A stretch of DNA of 59,096 bases from an uncultured Hippea sp. GTDB lineage: Bacteria; Campylobacterota_A; Desulfurellia; JAADFJ01. The stretch lies in assembly GCA_913009315.1 (NCBI GenBank), contig CAJVZA010000002.1:1-59096 (forward strand), in the 5' to 3' direction. The translations under genes and the position numbers were made by a program. Positions 23,647 to 34,886 of this stretch are shown here, piece after piece. Under the pieces are notes generated by a model that saw nothing but the letters and a program-made list of their open reading frames with translations, did no database searches and had not been told where the DNA came from. The stretch's first letter is position 1. Every line of letters starts with the position of its first letter.

Positions 23647-25443
23647 CTATTTTTTCACAATCTCGTCTATCTGGGATGCGGTAAGTGTCTCCTTTTCGCT
23701 TAAGTTATCGGTTAGTTGTTTAAGCTTATGCAGATTATCATTAAGCAGTTTTATAACCTCCCCATAAGCATCGTTTATGATAAAGGATATCTCACTATCT
23801 ATATTTTCAGCAGTTTTATCGCTGATGATTTTTGTACGCGTAAGTTCCTGCCCAAGGAATGGATTTTTCTCATCTTCGGAATAGTGTATCGGTCCAAGTT
23901 TGCTCATGCCCCATTCGGCAACCATGCTTGTGGCCAGTTTTGTAGCCTGACTTATATCATTGGCTGCACCTGTTGTTATTGAATTACCCGTAACCTCTTC
24001 GGCTGCTCTTCCGCCCAGAAGTACCATAAGTCTGCTTTGAAGATATTCTTTGCTGTAAGAATGCCTGTCGAACTCCGGAATCTGTTGGGTTAATCCCATA
24101 GCCCTTCCGCGCGGTATTATCGTTACTTTGTAAACCGGATCGGCATTCGGAAGCAGTTTTGCTATCAGTGTATGCCCGGATTCATGAATCGCCGTCAATC
24201 TTTTTTCATCTTCACTGAGTACCATGCTTTTCCGTTCAGGTCCCATCATTACCTTTTCTTTGGCAAATTCCAAGTCTTCCATTTTGACACTTTCTTTGTT
24301 CAGGCTGGCAGCATGCAGAGCCGCCTCATTTATGAGATTTTGAAGATCGGCACCTGAAAAGCCGGGTGTACTTTTGGCGATTATCGAAAGATCGGCATTG
24401 CCGGAGATTTTTATGTTTTTGGAATGTACATTGAGAATCTCTTTTCTTCCTTTAATATCAGGCAGTTCTACTGCAATTCTTCTGTCAAATCTGCCGGGTC
24501 TTAGCAGAGCCGGGTCTAAAACATCAGGCCGGTTGGTTGCAGCCATGACTATAATTCCTTCGTTTTCCGTGAAGCCGTCCATTTCAACAAGCATCTGATT
24601 CAGCGTCTGTTCTCTTTCATCATGACCGCCGCCGATTCCCGTACCTCTTCTGCGTCCAACGGCGTCAATCTCATCAATAAATATTATGCATGGTGCGCTC
24701 TTTTTGGCTTTGGCAAACAGATCTCTGACGCGTGATGCGCCAATTCCGACGAACATTTCTACAAATTCGGATCCGGACACTATGAAAAACGGAACCTGTG
24801 CTTCACCCGCAACCGCTTTGGCAAGAAGTGTTTTACCGGTCCCGGGAGCTCCGATAAGGAGAACTCCTTTGGGAATTTTGCCTCCGAGTTTATTGAATCT
24901 CGAAGGATCTTTCAGAAATTCTATTATTTCCTTGAGATCATCCTTTGCCTCCTCCACGCCTGCGACATCGGAGAATGTTACTTTGTTGGAATCGCTTGCA
25001 ATCACTCTGGCATGCGATTTTCCGAACATAAGCACATTGTTTCCTCCGAGCCCGCCTCCTTTGGATGATTTATTTATCATAAATATGAAAAATATCATAA
25101 AAAGCAGGAATGGCACAAATGTAATAGCAAGCGAATAATACCATTTGTCTTGTCCGGCAGGCTTAAGATTTATCTGAACATCTTTATTTGAAAGCTTTTT
25201 TAAAATTGAGCCGGTCGAAGGAACAATACCGTTAAAACGTTTCCCGTCCTTTGTGATGCCTTTTATCTTCTGACCGCTTATTACAACCCGCTGTATCTGA
25301 TTATTTTTTATCAACTTGATAAGTCTGCTGTACGATATTTCTGCAGTTTTGTAGGCAGTCTTTTTACTAAGACCGTTAAAAAGAAATATAACCATAATAC
25401 CTACAATCAACCAGACAATAAAGCTGCGTCCCGTATACTTCAT
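23647..25443 (-). CDS. ftsH: ATP-dependent zinc metalloprotease FtsH
   Basis: [17 protein letters not shown] (Walker A), IIFIDEIDA (Walker B), the SRH motif, and HESGHTL (the HExxH zinc site). Confidence 0.97.
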   Translation of the reverse strand: MKYTGRSFIVWLIVGIMVIFLFNGLSKKTAYKTAEISYSRLIKLIKNNQIQRVVISGQKIKGITKDGKRFNGIVPSTGSILKKLSNKDVQINLKPAGQDKWYYSLAITFVPFLLFMIFFIFMINKSSKGGGLGGNNVLMFGKSHARVIASDSNKVTFSDVAGVEEAKDDLKEIIEFLKDPSRFNKLGGKIPKGVLLIGAPGTGKTLLAKAVAGEAQVPFFIVSGSEFVEMFVGIGASRVRDLFAKAKKSAPCIIFIDEIDAVGRRRGTGIGGGHDEREQTLNQMLVEMDGFTENEGIIVMAATNRPDVLDPALLRPGRFDRRIAVELPDIKGRKEILNVHSKNIKISGNADLSIIAKSTPGFSGADLQNLINEAALHAASLNKESVKMEDLEFAKEKVMMGPERKSMVLSEDEKRLTAIHESGHTLIAKLLPNADPVYKVTIIPRGRAMGLTQQIPEFDRHSYSKEYLQSRLMVLLGGRAAEEVTGNSITTGAANDISQATKLATSMVAEWGMSKLGPIHYSEDEKNPFLGQELTRTKIISDKTAENIDSEISFIINDAYGEVIKLLNDNLHKLKQLTDNLSEKETLTASQIDEIVKK

Positions 25444-25715
25444 GATCCTTTTGTTACCTCACAATTTGAAATGTCAAACATTTCCTTGATTAAATTTAAT
25501 TTTAAAAACAGTTTATCCTGCATTGCACGATTTGGTTTATACCTGATTTTGTTATCGGCAACACCGCCATAAAATTTCCTGATACATCTATTATAATATA
25601 CAGCCTATGCCGCACATTGTCTATTGTTTAATTTGTCTCGCACCAAATTATATGAATAATATACTCAAAATAACATTTTAGTATATAGAGTTGTTTTCGG
25701 ACAGTATTCCGCTGA

Positions 25716-27758
25716 TCATTTGTTCTTGGTTTTTGAAGGACAATCCTTATTTATGCAGAACAGATCGTCTTCTTTAGCGATCTTATAAATCCCCTGTCCG
25801 CAGCTATCGCATTTTTTACTTGTCTCATTTAAAATAACTTTGCATTCCGGATAACCTGAGCATGCTATAAATTCACCATGTCTACCCGTCTTTTTTACGA
25901 GTTCACTGCCGCATTTAGGGCATTTTCCGCTAACTTTATCGGTATTTAAATTTTTTGTGTATTTACATTTAGGAAATCCGCTGCAGGCCAAGAATTTGCC
26001 GAATCTCCCGGTTTTGATTACAAGCATACTGCCGCATTTCGGGCATTTCTCGTCAGTCGGAATATCTTCCGGTTTTTCCGACGGCATATCCATTGCTTTT
26101 TCAAGCTGTTGCGAAAATGGTCCCCAGAATTCATTGAGCAGATCAACTCTTTTAGTTTTCCCCTGCGCCACCTCATCTAAAAGTGTTTCAAAATGTGCAG
26201 TAAATTTCAGATCCATTAATTTAGGAAAATATTCTACCAAACGATCGGTAACCTTGTAGGAAACTTCTTCAGGAATAAATGCCCGTTTTTCTTTTTTGAT
26301 ATATTTTCTGGATAGGAGCGTTGTTACAACCGTGGCGTATGTTGAAGGTCTGCCTATTCCTTCCTTTTCCAGCGTTTTTATAAGTGATGCCGCATTGTAT
26401 CTTGCCGGAGGTTCTGTTTCTTTTCTGTCTATTTTAAGCTGCTTCAGAGCCGCTTTATCATTTTTATCTATCTGAATAAGCTTTTTTTCAGACTCTTTTC
26501 CTTCTATGATCATCCAACCGGGAAATTTGAGCGAACTCAGATGAGCATTCCAAAGCGTTTTACCTGAGCTCAAAGAAATATTCATTGAGTCTGTTACCGA
26601 ATGTGCCATCTGAGATTCCGCGAAACTGTTCCATATAAGCGTGTACAATTTAAGTTCTCTGGCATCGAGAAACGGCTCCATTAGCTTAGGAATCTTTTGT
26701 ATATCCGTAGGTCTTATTGCTTCATGTGCAAGTTGAGCCGAGGAACTATTTTTATAAACGGGAGCCGTCTTTGGAATAAACTGTTCTCCGTAGTTCTTTT
26801 TTATAAATTCTCTTGCCGCCAGAGCGGCTGTTTGTGCTATGTTTACCGAATCGGTTCTCATATAAGTTATAAGGCCTACCTGCTTTCCGTTCACTTTTTT
26901 GCCTTCATATAAGCTTTGTGCAATTTTCATAGTAACAGACGGACTATACCCAAGTCGATTGTTTGCAAGCTGCTGCAGGCGGCTTGTCGTTAGAGGAGGA
27001 TTTGGAGATTTTGAAATCTTTCTCTCTGCAACAGATTGAATGGTAAATCCAAATTGTTCTGATTCCTGTTTTATCCTTTCAGCTTCTTTTTGGTCTGTAA
27101 TACCCAACTGGAGCTTTTTACCTTCAACTTTGGTAAGTTTTGCTTCGACCACCGTCCTTTTAATAGTCAACCCGGCAGTTAGAATAAAGTATATAACGGG
27201 AATAAATTTGGCGATCTCACGTTCTCTGTCAACAATCAGTTTAAGAGTGACCGATTGAACGCGCCCTGCAGATAGCCCTCTTGCTATCTTTTTTGACAGA
27301 AGCGGACTGAGACGATATCCTACAACCCTGTCCAGTATTCTTCTTGCTTCCTGTGCTTCAACAAGCATGCTGTTGATCTCTCTCGGGTGTTTAAGCGCAT
27401 CCATTATTGCGGTTTTAGTTATTTCATGAAAACTTATTCGTTTATAGCTCTTCGGCTTTGCGATTTCCAGTATATGCCACCCTATCGCCTCGCCCTCTCT
27501 ATCTTCATCAGTTGCAATATATACATTACCGGCTTCTGAAGCTAATTTTTTTATTTGGTTTGCTATTTTAGTCTTTTGGCGTGGTACGACATAGTGCGGC
27601 TCAAATGTTGATATATCAACGCCGAATTGATATTTAGGAAGATCTCTTATATGGCCGTTTGATGCTATGCATCTGAATTTTCTGCCCAGAAAACCGCCTA
27701 TGGTTTTTGCTTTTGTCGGTGATTCTACAATCACCAGTTCTTTACTGTTTTCTTTCAA
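25716..27758 (-). CDS. topA: DNA topoisomerase I with C-terminal zinc-ribbon repeats
   Basis: A Toprim start (LVIVESPTKAKTI), DEDREGE, the active-site region LITYMRTDS, and three C4 zinc fingers (CPKCGS...C..FPKC). Confidence 0.95.
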   Translation of the reverse strand: MKENSKELVIVESPTKAKTIGGFLGRKFRCIASNGHIRDLPKYQFGVDISTFEPHYVVPRQKTKIANQIKKLASEAGNVYIATDEDREGEAIGWHILEIAKPKSYKRISFHEITKTAIMDALKHPREINSMLVEAQEARRILDRVVGYRLSPLLSKKIARGLSAGRVQSVTLKLIVDREREIAKFIPVIYFILTAGLTIKRTVVEAKLTKVEGKKLQLGITDQKEAERIKQESEQFGFTIQSVAERKISKSPNPPLTTSRLQQLANNRLGYSPSVTMKIAQSLYEGKKVNGKQVGLITYMRTDSVNIAQTAALAAREFIKKNYGEQFIPKTAPVYKNSSSAQLAHEAIRPTDIQKIPKLMEPFLDARELKLYTLIWNSFAESQMAHSVTDSMNISLSSGKTLWNAHLSSLKFPGWMIIEGKESEKKLIQIDKNDKAALKQLKIDRKETEPPARYNAASLIKTLEKEGIGRPSTYATVVTTLLSRKYIKKEKRAFIPEEVSYKVTDRLVEYFPKLMDLKFTAHFETLLDEVAQGKTKRVDLLNEFWGPFSQQLEKAMDMPSEKPEDIPTDEKCPKCGSMLVIKTGRFGKFLACSGFPKCKYTKNLNTDKVSGKCPKCGSELVKKTGRHGEFIACSGYPECKVILNETSKKCDSCGQGIYKIAKEDDLFCINKDCPSKTKNK

Positions 27759-28824
27759 ATCTACTCCCCTGTTTTGCGATCAGATTGCTAATTTCAAGTT
27801 TTGTCAAAATAGCAGAAACTGCCGCTGAATCAAGCGACAAAATATCAGTTATTTGATCAATAGTTTTTTGCGTACCCAAACAGTCGTAAACTGCTTTTTC
27901 ATTTTCGGACAAATCGGGTTCAGGTCTTTTGCGTTTTTCATGTGATCGGTGAAGAATATTTGCAACATCGAGAACAAGTTCGTCTATTAATGTTCTGTAG
28001 TTTGTGAAAGGAACAGCTCCGTCTTTGATTAGAGCATTTGTTCCTCTGCTTGTTTCCGAGAATATGGAGCCCGGTACGGCCATTACGGTTCTGCCTTGTT
28101 TCGCTGCAAGTCTGGCTGTTATAAGAGCACCGCTTCTTTTTGTTGCTTCAACTACGATGGTTGCAATCGAGAGTCCGGAAATGATGCGATTTCTTTGAGG
28201 AAAACTCCATCTTGACGGATAGCTTCCCGGTTCAAACTCTGAAATTACGGCACCATTCTCAATAATTTGATCATAAAGCCTTCTGTTTTCCGGAGGATAG
28301 ATAATATCAACCCCGTTTCCAAGAACAGCGATTGTCTTGCCTCCGTTTTTGATTGCGGCACTATGCGCAGCGCTGTCGATACCTTTTGCCATACCGCTTG
28401 TTATAGTTATCCGGTTTGATGCAAGGAAGTCTGTTATCTGGGAAGCCGCCTTTATTCCGTAGCTTGTTGCTATACGGCTTCCAACAATGCTGACTGAAGC
28501 GTCGGCCGGTAATTCTCCTTTGCAGTAAATCAGCATAGGCGGATCTGAGATCTGTTTGAGAAGATCAGGATATTCCTCTGAAAAATATGTAATTACCGAA
28601 ATGCCGCTCTTTTTCCATTTACAGAGTAACTGTTCCGCTTCAATAAGCTGCTCCTCTTTGAAACCGATTCGTGCAGCAAATCGGTTTATAAATTTTGTTA
28701 AATCTTCAGGAAGTACCGATACACTACCGACCGCATCAATTATGAGAGCCATAAACTCTCTGAACTTATTTCTTATCGATACTAAATAAAGAAGATCTAT
28801 GGAAAATTCCGATCCTTTAATCAT
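27742..28824 (-). CDS. dprA: DNA-processing protein DprA (Smf)
   Basis: VSIVGSRIATSYG...ITSGMAKGIDSAAH...AVLGNGVD..YP.EN and a C-terminal winged-helix tail. Confidence 0.88.
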   Translation of the reverse strand: MIKGSEFSIDLLYLVSIRNKFREFMALIIDAVGSVSVLPEDLTKFINRFAARIGFKEEQLIEAEQLLCKWKKSGISVITYFSEEYPDLLKQISDPPMLIYCKGELPADASVSIVGSRIATSYGIKAASQITDFLASNRITITSGMAKGIDSAAHSAAIKNGGKTIAVLGNGVDIIYPPENRRLYDQIIENGAVISEFEPGSYPSRWSFPQRNRIISGLSIATIVVEATKRSGALITARLAAKQGRTVMAVPGSIFSETSRGTNALIKDGAVPFTNYRTLIDELVLDVANILHRSHEKRKRPEPDLSENEKAVYDCLGTQKTIDQITDILSLDSAAVSAILTKLEISNLIAKQGSRFERKQ

Positions 28825-28850
28825 ATTGTTTTGTAAGTATAATAAGTTTT

Positions 28851-31340
28851 ATGAAAAATCAAGAGGATATAAATATTGGAGCGTTAAAAGAGCTTAGAAC
28901 GCGATTTTTTAACATTCCTGCAGAGAGACTCGGCAGAGATGCAGTAAAGAGTTATTCTATTGCGATGGAGAATGAACTCAGAACTATCTTTGGTCAAACG
29001 GATGAAAACGGAAAGGGATTTACTCTGATCTCTGTGGGAGGATTCGGAAGACGGGAGCTCTGCTATGGATCGGATATTGATTTTATGATTCTTTCGACGC
29101 GAATAAAAAAGAAGCATGCGTATGCGCTTAACAACAAATTATCCGATCTGCTTTGGAGAGCAGGCTTGTCCGTAGGAAGCAGTGTGCGCACAATTTCCGA
29201 ATGTATCGAAGAATCAAAAGATGTAACAGTTATGGTTAATCTTATAGATTCCCGGTTTATAGCAGGAGACAAAAAACTTTATGAAAAATATTCAAAAAAA
29301 GTTTTGAACTACATTGTATGCCGCAACAAAAAGCATTTGATGCAAACTCTGGTTGATGAGGTAGAGAAGCGAAGATTGAAATATCCGGACAATTATATAA
29401 GCGAGCCGGATCTCAAAGAAGGGGTTGGTACGTTACGGGACTATAATACAATCTGCTGGATAAATAAGATTACTCCTATCAAGATATTGATAAGCGATAT
29501 GACCGAGGAAGATTATGTACTCTTATCTAAAAAATTAGCAGATGCAATCGATTTTATTTTTCGGATTAGAAATGTTGTAAATATGCGAACTCAAAAAGAT
29601 AACTGTCTGCGTTTTGATCTGCAGGAGGATATAGCGGAACTGCTTGGCTACGGCAGATCGGATGAAGCTTGCGTGGAGCTGATGAGGCAGTTTTTTGAGC
29701 ATAGCCTGTTCATAGAAAACAGTCTTGATACTATTATGGGAATTATAGGCGAAGGAAAACGGAAAAATAAGATTAACGGCATCTTTTATATGGACGGACA
29801 TTATCTTGAATCCGATTCTGAAGGATTGGAACTTCTTTCAACGGCTAACTGTTTGGATGCAGTGGTATTTTGGTTTTTAGTGCGATATCAGCTTGATATA
29901 GGAGCAAGACTCAGACAGTTTCTTATAACCGAATCTCATAAAAAACGGATGAATCGGAATAATCCGTCCATAAGGCTTTTTACCAAAACACTTTCACTGA
30001 AAATACCGATTGCTCAGCAGTTGCTGATAATGAACAAACTTGGTATTATATCAAAATATATTCCGGAGTTTGAAGGAATAAGAGGACTGATGCCCCATTT
30101 TTTGTTTCACAAATACAGCGTCGATATTCATTCGATTATGGCTGTCAGAAAGATGGATGAAATAATAAAAAGAAATATAAGCGATAGACTTTTTGGAATA
30201 CTAACGGCTGTTGTTGATAATTTAAATAATGAAGAACTTTTGACTATGCGATTAGTTCTGCTTTTGCATGATATCGGCAAATCTAAATTTATTACAACAG
30301 GGCATGGTAAACGCGGAGCAAAAATGTTCAAAGCAGTTTCTAAACGGCTTGGAATATCCGACAGACTGGCCGATTTGGGAGAAAGAACGATAGAAAATCA
30401 CCTTATGATGAGTAAAATTATTAGAAAGCGCGATATTTCAGATCCCGCAACTATCAAAGAGTTTGCAGAACAGGTAAAAGATAAAATCTCATTAAAATGG
30501 CTGCTTCTGCTTACCTATGTCGATATGTCATCCGTAAACGACAATCTGTGGAATGAATGGTACGAGATTTTAGCTGATCAGTTGTATGCTGCAGCAATAG
30601 AGTTTTTTGAGAAAAAAGGATGGCAAAGTCGCAAATCGGTTAGAAACAAAAAAAATCTGTTAAGTCTATATGGCGAAAGTATGCCGTATTTGACAGATTT
30701 TAGCGACAGGTTTTTTAATGATATAGCAGAAAGTGAACTGAAATATATTGATGCTGCGAAAAAAAACGGTTATTCTGTAAAAGTTGAGCGCAGTTTTACG
30801 AAGCTATTTGTTTGGCAAACCGATAGGAAGCGGCTTATGTCTGATATAACAGGCATTCTGTTTTATAAGGAGATTAGCATATTAGCCGGAACAACCTATA
30901 TTATAGGCAATGATATTGTCGATCTTTTTATGACAGTTACACCGGAAAATTTTATAGAAAAAGATTGGAAATCAGTCGGAAATCTTATCAATTCCGCAGA
31001 AAATCTGCCGATAGAAAAAATGTTGAAAGAAAAGGAACAATATAACTTTATCAAAAATACGAGGATCGGGAAGCCTGTCACACCAAAAATTTTCATTGAT
31101 CAGTCTGCTTCGGATCTTTACACGGTTATAGATATAAAAGCAGCAGACCGAATGGGGCTTCTTCACGATATATGCTGCAGTTTGAGCGACTCGGGATGTA
31201 CCATCATCCTTTTTAAATTATCAACTGTTTCAGATATGGCAAGTGATTCATTTTATATTACAGGTCCTTACGGAGGAAAGATTTTTGATAAAAGACAACT
31301 CGATACGATAATTGAAAATATAAATAAAAGAATTTTATGA
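28851..31340 (+). CDS. glnD: [protein-PII] uridylyltransferase/uridylyl-removing enzyme
   Basis: 829 aa. SVGGFGRRELCYGSDIDFMIL is the nucleotidyltransferase motif and LLLHDIGK is the HD domain. Two C-terminal ACT-like repeats (DRMGLLHDICCSL). Confidence 0.8.
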   Translation: MKNQEDINIGALKELRTRFFNIPAERLGRDAVKSYSIAMENELRTIFGQTDENGKGFTLISVGGFGRRELCYGSDIDFMILSTRIKKKHAYALNNKLSDLLWRAGLSVGSSVRTISECIEESKDVTVMVNLIDSRFIAGDKKLYEKYSKKVLNYIVCRNKKHLMQTLVDEVEKRRLKYPDNYISEPDLKEGVGTLRDYNTICWINKITPIKILISDMTEEDYVLLSKKLADAIDFIFRIRNVVNMRTQKDNCLRFDLQEDIAELLGYGRSDEACVELMRQFFEHSLFIENSLDTIMGIIGEGKRKNKINGIFYMDGHYLESDSEGLELLSTANCLDAVVFWFLVRYQLDIGARLRQFLITESHKKRMNRNNPSIRLFTKTLSLKIPIAQQLLIMNKLGIISKYIPEFEGIRGLMPHFLFHKYSVDIHSIMAVRKMDEIIKRNISDRLFGILTAVVDNLNNEELLTMRLVLLLHDIGKSKFITTGHGKRGAKMFKAVSKRLGISDRLADLGERTIENHLMMSKIIRKRDISDPATIKEFAEQVKDKISLKWLLLLTYVDMSSVNDNLWNEWYEILADQLYAAAIEFFEKKGWQSRKSVRNKKNLLSLYGESMPYLTDFSDRFFNDIAESELKYIDAAKKNGYSVKVERSFTKLFVWQTDRKRLMSDITGILFYKEISILAGTTYIIGNDIVDLFMTVTPENFIEKDWKSVGNLINSAENLPIEKMLKEKEQYNFIKNTRIGKPVTPKIFIDQSASDLYTVIDIKAADRMGLLHDICCSLSDSGCTIILFKLSTVSDMASDSFYITGPYGGKIFDKRQLDTIIENINKRIL

Positions 31341-31347
31341 AAGATTT

Positions 31348-32004
31348 ATGAAAGAATGGATAAGCGATATATTCAAAACCGACCTCAAAAGTTATATTTC
31401 CATAGGTGATAAAATTAAGGTTGAGGTAAAGGAGGGGAATTACAGGGGATTTTATTTGAGCAGAGTGGAAGACGTATCGGATGTCATAAAAATTGCGCTG
31501 CCGACCGATGAAAAGGGAAGATATGCCGTATTAGAAAAATTTACACCGATTTTTATCAGTTATTTCATTAATAAAAAACGCCTTGGTTTTAACAGTAAAA
31601 ATATTGACAGGGTTGTGGAAAACGGTTTCAGGCTGCTTATTGTAAGTTTTCCTGATGAGATTTTTCGTATCGAAGATCGTGAATTTTTTAGAATCAAAGT
31701 TAATGTTTCGACGAGTTTGCTGTACCATGATAAAGAAATTAAATGTTTAATCGTTAATATATCGGGAGGGGGAGTTTTAGTCAGGTCAAAGCTTAAGATG
31801 AGTAAGGGGGATATGATAAAAGTTTTTATACCGTCTTTACAAATATCGATGCCGGTAAAGATAGCGAGGAAGTCTATGTCAAATAAGAGAAAAATGGCAG
31901 AATACGGATGTAGTTTTATGAATATCAAAGAGAGCACAAGAGATAAAATTATAAGATACTGTTTCAGTGAATCGATAAAACAGAAAAAGCTTATAAATGT
32001 TTAG
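31348..32004 (+). CDS. PilZ-domain c-di-GMP receptor (YcgR-like N-domain plus PilZ)
   Basis: REFFR (RxxxR) followed by NISGGG (D/NxSxxG) in the C-terminal half. Confidence 0.75.
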   Translation: MKEWISDIFKTDLKSYISIGDKIKVEVKEGNYRGFYLSRVEDVSDVIKIALPTDEKGRYAVLEKFTPIFISYFINKKRLGFNSKNIDRVVENGFRLLIVSFPDEIFRIEDREFFRIKVNVSTSLLYHDKEIKCLIVNISGGGVLVRSKLKMSKGDMIKVFIPSLQISMPVKIARKSMSNKRKMAEYGCSFMNIKESTRDKIIRYCFSESIKQKKLINV

Positions 32005-32010
32005 GTCAAA

Positions 32011-32955
32011 GTGAAAGAGATTCTTAAGCAGATTAAACCTGCATCAATCCTTGTGATAGGTGATCTTATGCTTGATCACTATATTATCGGAAATGCATCG
32101 CGCATAAGCCCTGAAGCACCGGTTCCTGTTGTAAATATTGAAAAGGAGTATTATCGAGCCGGAGGAGCAAGCAATGTGGCGGCAAATCTTATAGGCATAG
32201 GAATGCATCCGATAGCTGCAGGGATAATAGGGAAAGACAGATGGGGCGGGCGGCTGCTTTCACTTATGAAAAAGCGGCATATTGACTGTCGGGCTGTAAT
32301 TATAGACAATAGTCATATAACAACTTCAAAAACAAGAGTGATAGCCGGAAATCAACAGATTGTAAGGTTTGACAGGGAGCAGACAGGAGAACAGGGGGAC
32401 AGCCTGATTGATGCTTTAGAAAGCAAACTGAAACAATCCGACCGGATTGCCGCTATTATTGTTTCGGATTACGGAAAAGGCGTTGTGACGGAAAAATTGG
32501 TGTCGCAATTAAAAAAACTATTTCCTCGCCGAATTATTGCCGTTGATCCGAAGGTTACGAATCTTTCGTATTACAGAGGAGCAACATTTTTAACTCCAAA
32601 TCAGAAAGAGGCGTCTCAGATGGCAAATATAGTAATATCTGATAAAAAAAGCCTCATAGAAGCGGGCAATAGAATATTGGAGGAAACTGAAGCTCAAAAA
32701 CTCGTAATTACCCAGGGACAGGATGGAATGACAATTTTTGAGAACGGATCTGTTAAAGACATCAAGGCAACCGCGCGTTATGTGTATGATGTGACTGGAG
32801 CCGGAGACAGTGTTATAGCTGTTATGACAGCAGCTGTAGCCAATGGAATACGATTTTTTGATGCTTGCAGGCTGGCAAATGTTGCCGGAGGAATATCGGT
32901 TTCACACCCCGGAACATATCAGGTTTTGTACGAGGATCTTTATAATGCATTGTAA
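32011..32955 (+). CDS. D-glycero-beta-D-manno-heptose-7-phosphate kinase (RfaE/HldE domain I, PfkB family)
   Basis: ILVIGDLMLDHYI.G...RISPEAPVPVV....YRAGGASNVA and the C-terminal DVTGAGDSV motif. GTG start. Confidence 0.85.
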   Translation: MKEILKQIKPASILVIGDLMLDHYIIGNASRISPEAPVPVVNIEKEYYRAGGASNVAANLIGIGMHPIAAGIIGKDRWGGRLLSLMKKRHIDCRAVIIDNSHITTSKTRVIAGNQQIVRFDREQTGEQGDSLIDALESKLKQSDRIAAIIVSDYGKGVVTEKLVSQLKKLFPRRIIAVDPKVTNLSYYRGATFLTPNQKEASQMANIVISDKKSLIEAGNRILEETEAQKLVITQGQDGMTIFENGSVKDIKATARYVYDVTGAGDSVIAVMTAAVANGIRFFDACRLANVAGGISVSHPGTYQVLYEDLYNAL

Positions 32956-33670
32956 CTATGCCGTTTTAATTCCGGCGAGAATGGAATCTGTCCGATTCAG
33001 AGGAAAAGTTGTTTATCCGATATTGGGCAAACCGATGATCTGGTGGCCATGGATGGCAGCCAAAAGAGCCGGAGCAGACGAACTGTTTATAGTTACCGAT
33101 TCAAAAGAGGTTAAGGCGGCTGCAGACGGATTTGGAGCTGACGTTTTGATTACTGAGGGAGATTTTCAAAGCGGATCAGACAGAATTGCTTCGGTTGCCG
33201 ATACTATAAAGGCAGACAATATTATTAATATTCAGGCTGACGAACCGTTGATTAAATCTGAACTTATCAACGCTATTGCAGAAAAGCTGCAGAAAACCGT
33301 GAATCCGGTTGTTAGTGCAGCCGTAAGAATTACAGAGGAAGAAGCAGCGGATCCTGATATTGTAAAAGTAGTTTTTGATGAAAAGATGCAGGCGCTCTAT
33401 TTTTCACGCTCACCAATACCGTATTCCGGATCAACAGGGGTGTTTTGGCAGCATATAGGAATTTATGGATATAAAAAGGAATTTCTTAAACAATACGGAA
33501 AACTTAAAAAAGGTGTTCTTGAGAGCATAGAAAAATTAGAGCAGCTGAGAGTTTTAGAAAAAGGATTCAGAATTGACATCATAGAAACGGATCTCAATCT
33601 TATCGGCGTGGACAGAAAAATTGATATAGAAAAGGTGGAAAAATTGATGCGTGGAGGTGAAAATGTATAA
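32945..33670 (+). CDS. kdsB: 3-deoxy-manno-octulosonate cytidylyltransferase
   Basis: AVLIPARMESVRFRGK..., IINIQADEPL and HIGIYGY. The likely start is the ATG at 32945 inside ORF 32843..33670, overlapping the upstream gene by 11 nt. Confidence 0.88.
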   Translation: MHCNYAVLIPARMESVRFRGKVVYPILGKPMIWWPWMAAKRAGADELFIVTDSKEVKAAADGFGADVLITEGDFQSGSDRIASVADTIKADNIINIQADEPLIKSELINAIAEKLQKTVNPVVSAAVRITEEEAADPDIVKVVFDEKMQALYFSRSPIPYSGSTGVFWQHIGIYGYKKEFLKQYGKLKKGVLESIEKLEQLRVLEKGFRIDIIETDLNLIGVDRKIDIEKVEKLMRGGENV

Positions 33671-34886
33671 AGGCAAAAAGGTTGTTATAGGAATAACCGG
33701 TGGAATTGCGGCATATAAAGCGTTTGAGCTTATACGAGAGCTTAAAAATGAAGGAATTGATGTCTATGCTGCCATGACCAACAGCGCAATAGAGCTTATC
33801 GGATATCAAACTATTGTTGTTCTGACCGAGCATCCGGTATTTAAAAATCTGTTTGACAGAATTCATATTCATGGAAGCGCAACCGATATAACACATGTTG
33901 CGCTTGGAAGTTGGGCTGATTGCTTTATAGTTCTGCCTGCCACTAATCATACTGTTTCAAAACTTGCATCAGGTGCCGGAGATGACCCTGTCAGTCTCGT
34001 TGCTTTGGCGTCTGATTGTCCCAGAATCGTGGCTCCGACAGCAAACAGTGTAATGTATCAGCAAAAGACCAATAGAAGGAATCTTGAAATTCTAAAGCAG
34101 GACGGATGGATTACGGTTGAGGCGACAGAAGGCAATCTTGCCTGCAATCAGGAAGGCGTTGGTCATATTGCAAGCAGTATGGCCATAAAAGAGGCAATTT
34201 ACGGGGCGCTCGAAGAGAAAATCCTCAATGATTTTTATATTGTTGTTACTGCAGGTCCTACGAGAGAGAGCATTGATCCGGTTCGATTTATTTCAAATCC
34301 GTCAAGCGGAAAGATGGGGTTTGCGATAGGCAAAATGGCAAAACGGATGGGTGCGGAGGTGTCGCTCATTCATGGGCAGGTGCAGCTGTCCGGATGTTTT
34401 AGAACGACTACGGTGGCAACAACAAGTCAAATGAAAAAGGCTGTTCATCGGGAGATAAAAACCGCATTGGCAACCGGCAAAAAGGTAGTATTTATTTCTG
34501 CAGCCGCGCCTGCCGATTTTAGAAGTGAATTTTCAAGAACAAAGATAAAAAAGGATGGAAATCCTTTATTACTTAAACTCATGCCGACGGAAGATATATT
34601 GAAATCAACCTTACTGTTTTCGGACAAGATAGTAAGAGTCGGTTTTGCGGCGGAAACGGGCAATCTTGCGGCTAATGCAAAGAAAAAGTTGGACGATAAA
34701 AATCTTGATCTTATTGTGGCAAACGATATTACACTTCCCGGATCCGGATTTGCCTCCGATAACAACATTGTTACAATATTGGGCAAGAACATTGATGTTA
34801 AGCTTCCGTTTATGAGCAAAGAGAAGGCAGCCAGAAAATTGCTTAAAATTTTAAAGGAGCAGTGTGGTGCAGATCACAACTTGTGA
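33663..34886 (+). CDS. coaBC: bifunctional phosphopantothenoylcysteine decarboxylase / phosphopantothenate-cysteine ligase
   Basis: KKVVIGITGGIAAYKA is the flavoprotein domain. VTAGPTRESIDPVRFISNPSSGKMG is the CoaB domain. Confidence 0.92.
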   Translation: MYKGKKVVIGITGGIAAYKAFELIRELKNEGIDVYAAMTNSAIELIGYQTIVVLTEHPVFKNLFDRIHIHGSATDITHVALGSWADCFIVLPATNHTVSKLASGAGDDPVSLVALASDCPRIVAPTANSVMYQQKTNRRNLEILKQDGWITVEATEGNLACNQEGVGHIASSMAIKEAIYGALEEKILNDFYIVVTAGPTRESIDPVRFISNPSSGKMGFAIGKMAKRMGAEVSLIHGQVQLSGCFRTTTVATTSQMKKAVHREIKTALATGKKVVFISAAAPADFRSEFSRTKIKKDGNPLLLKLMPTEDILKSTLLFSDKIVRVGFAAETGNLAANAKKKLDDKNLDLIVANDITLPGSGFASDNNIVTILGKNIDVKLPFMSKEKAARKLLKILKEQCGADHNL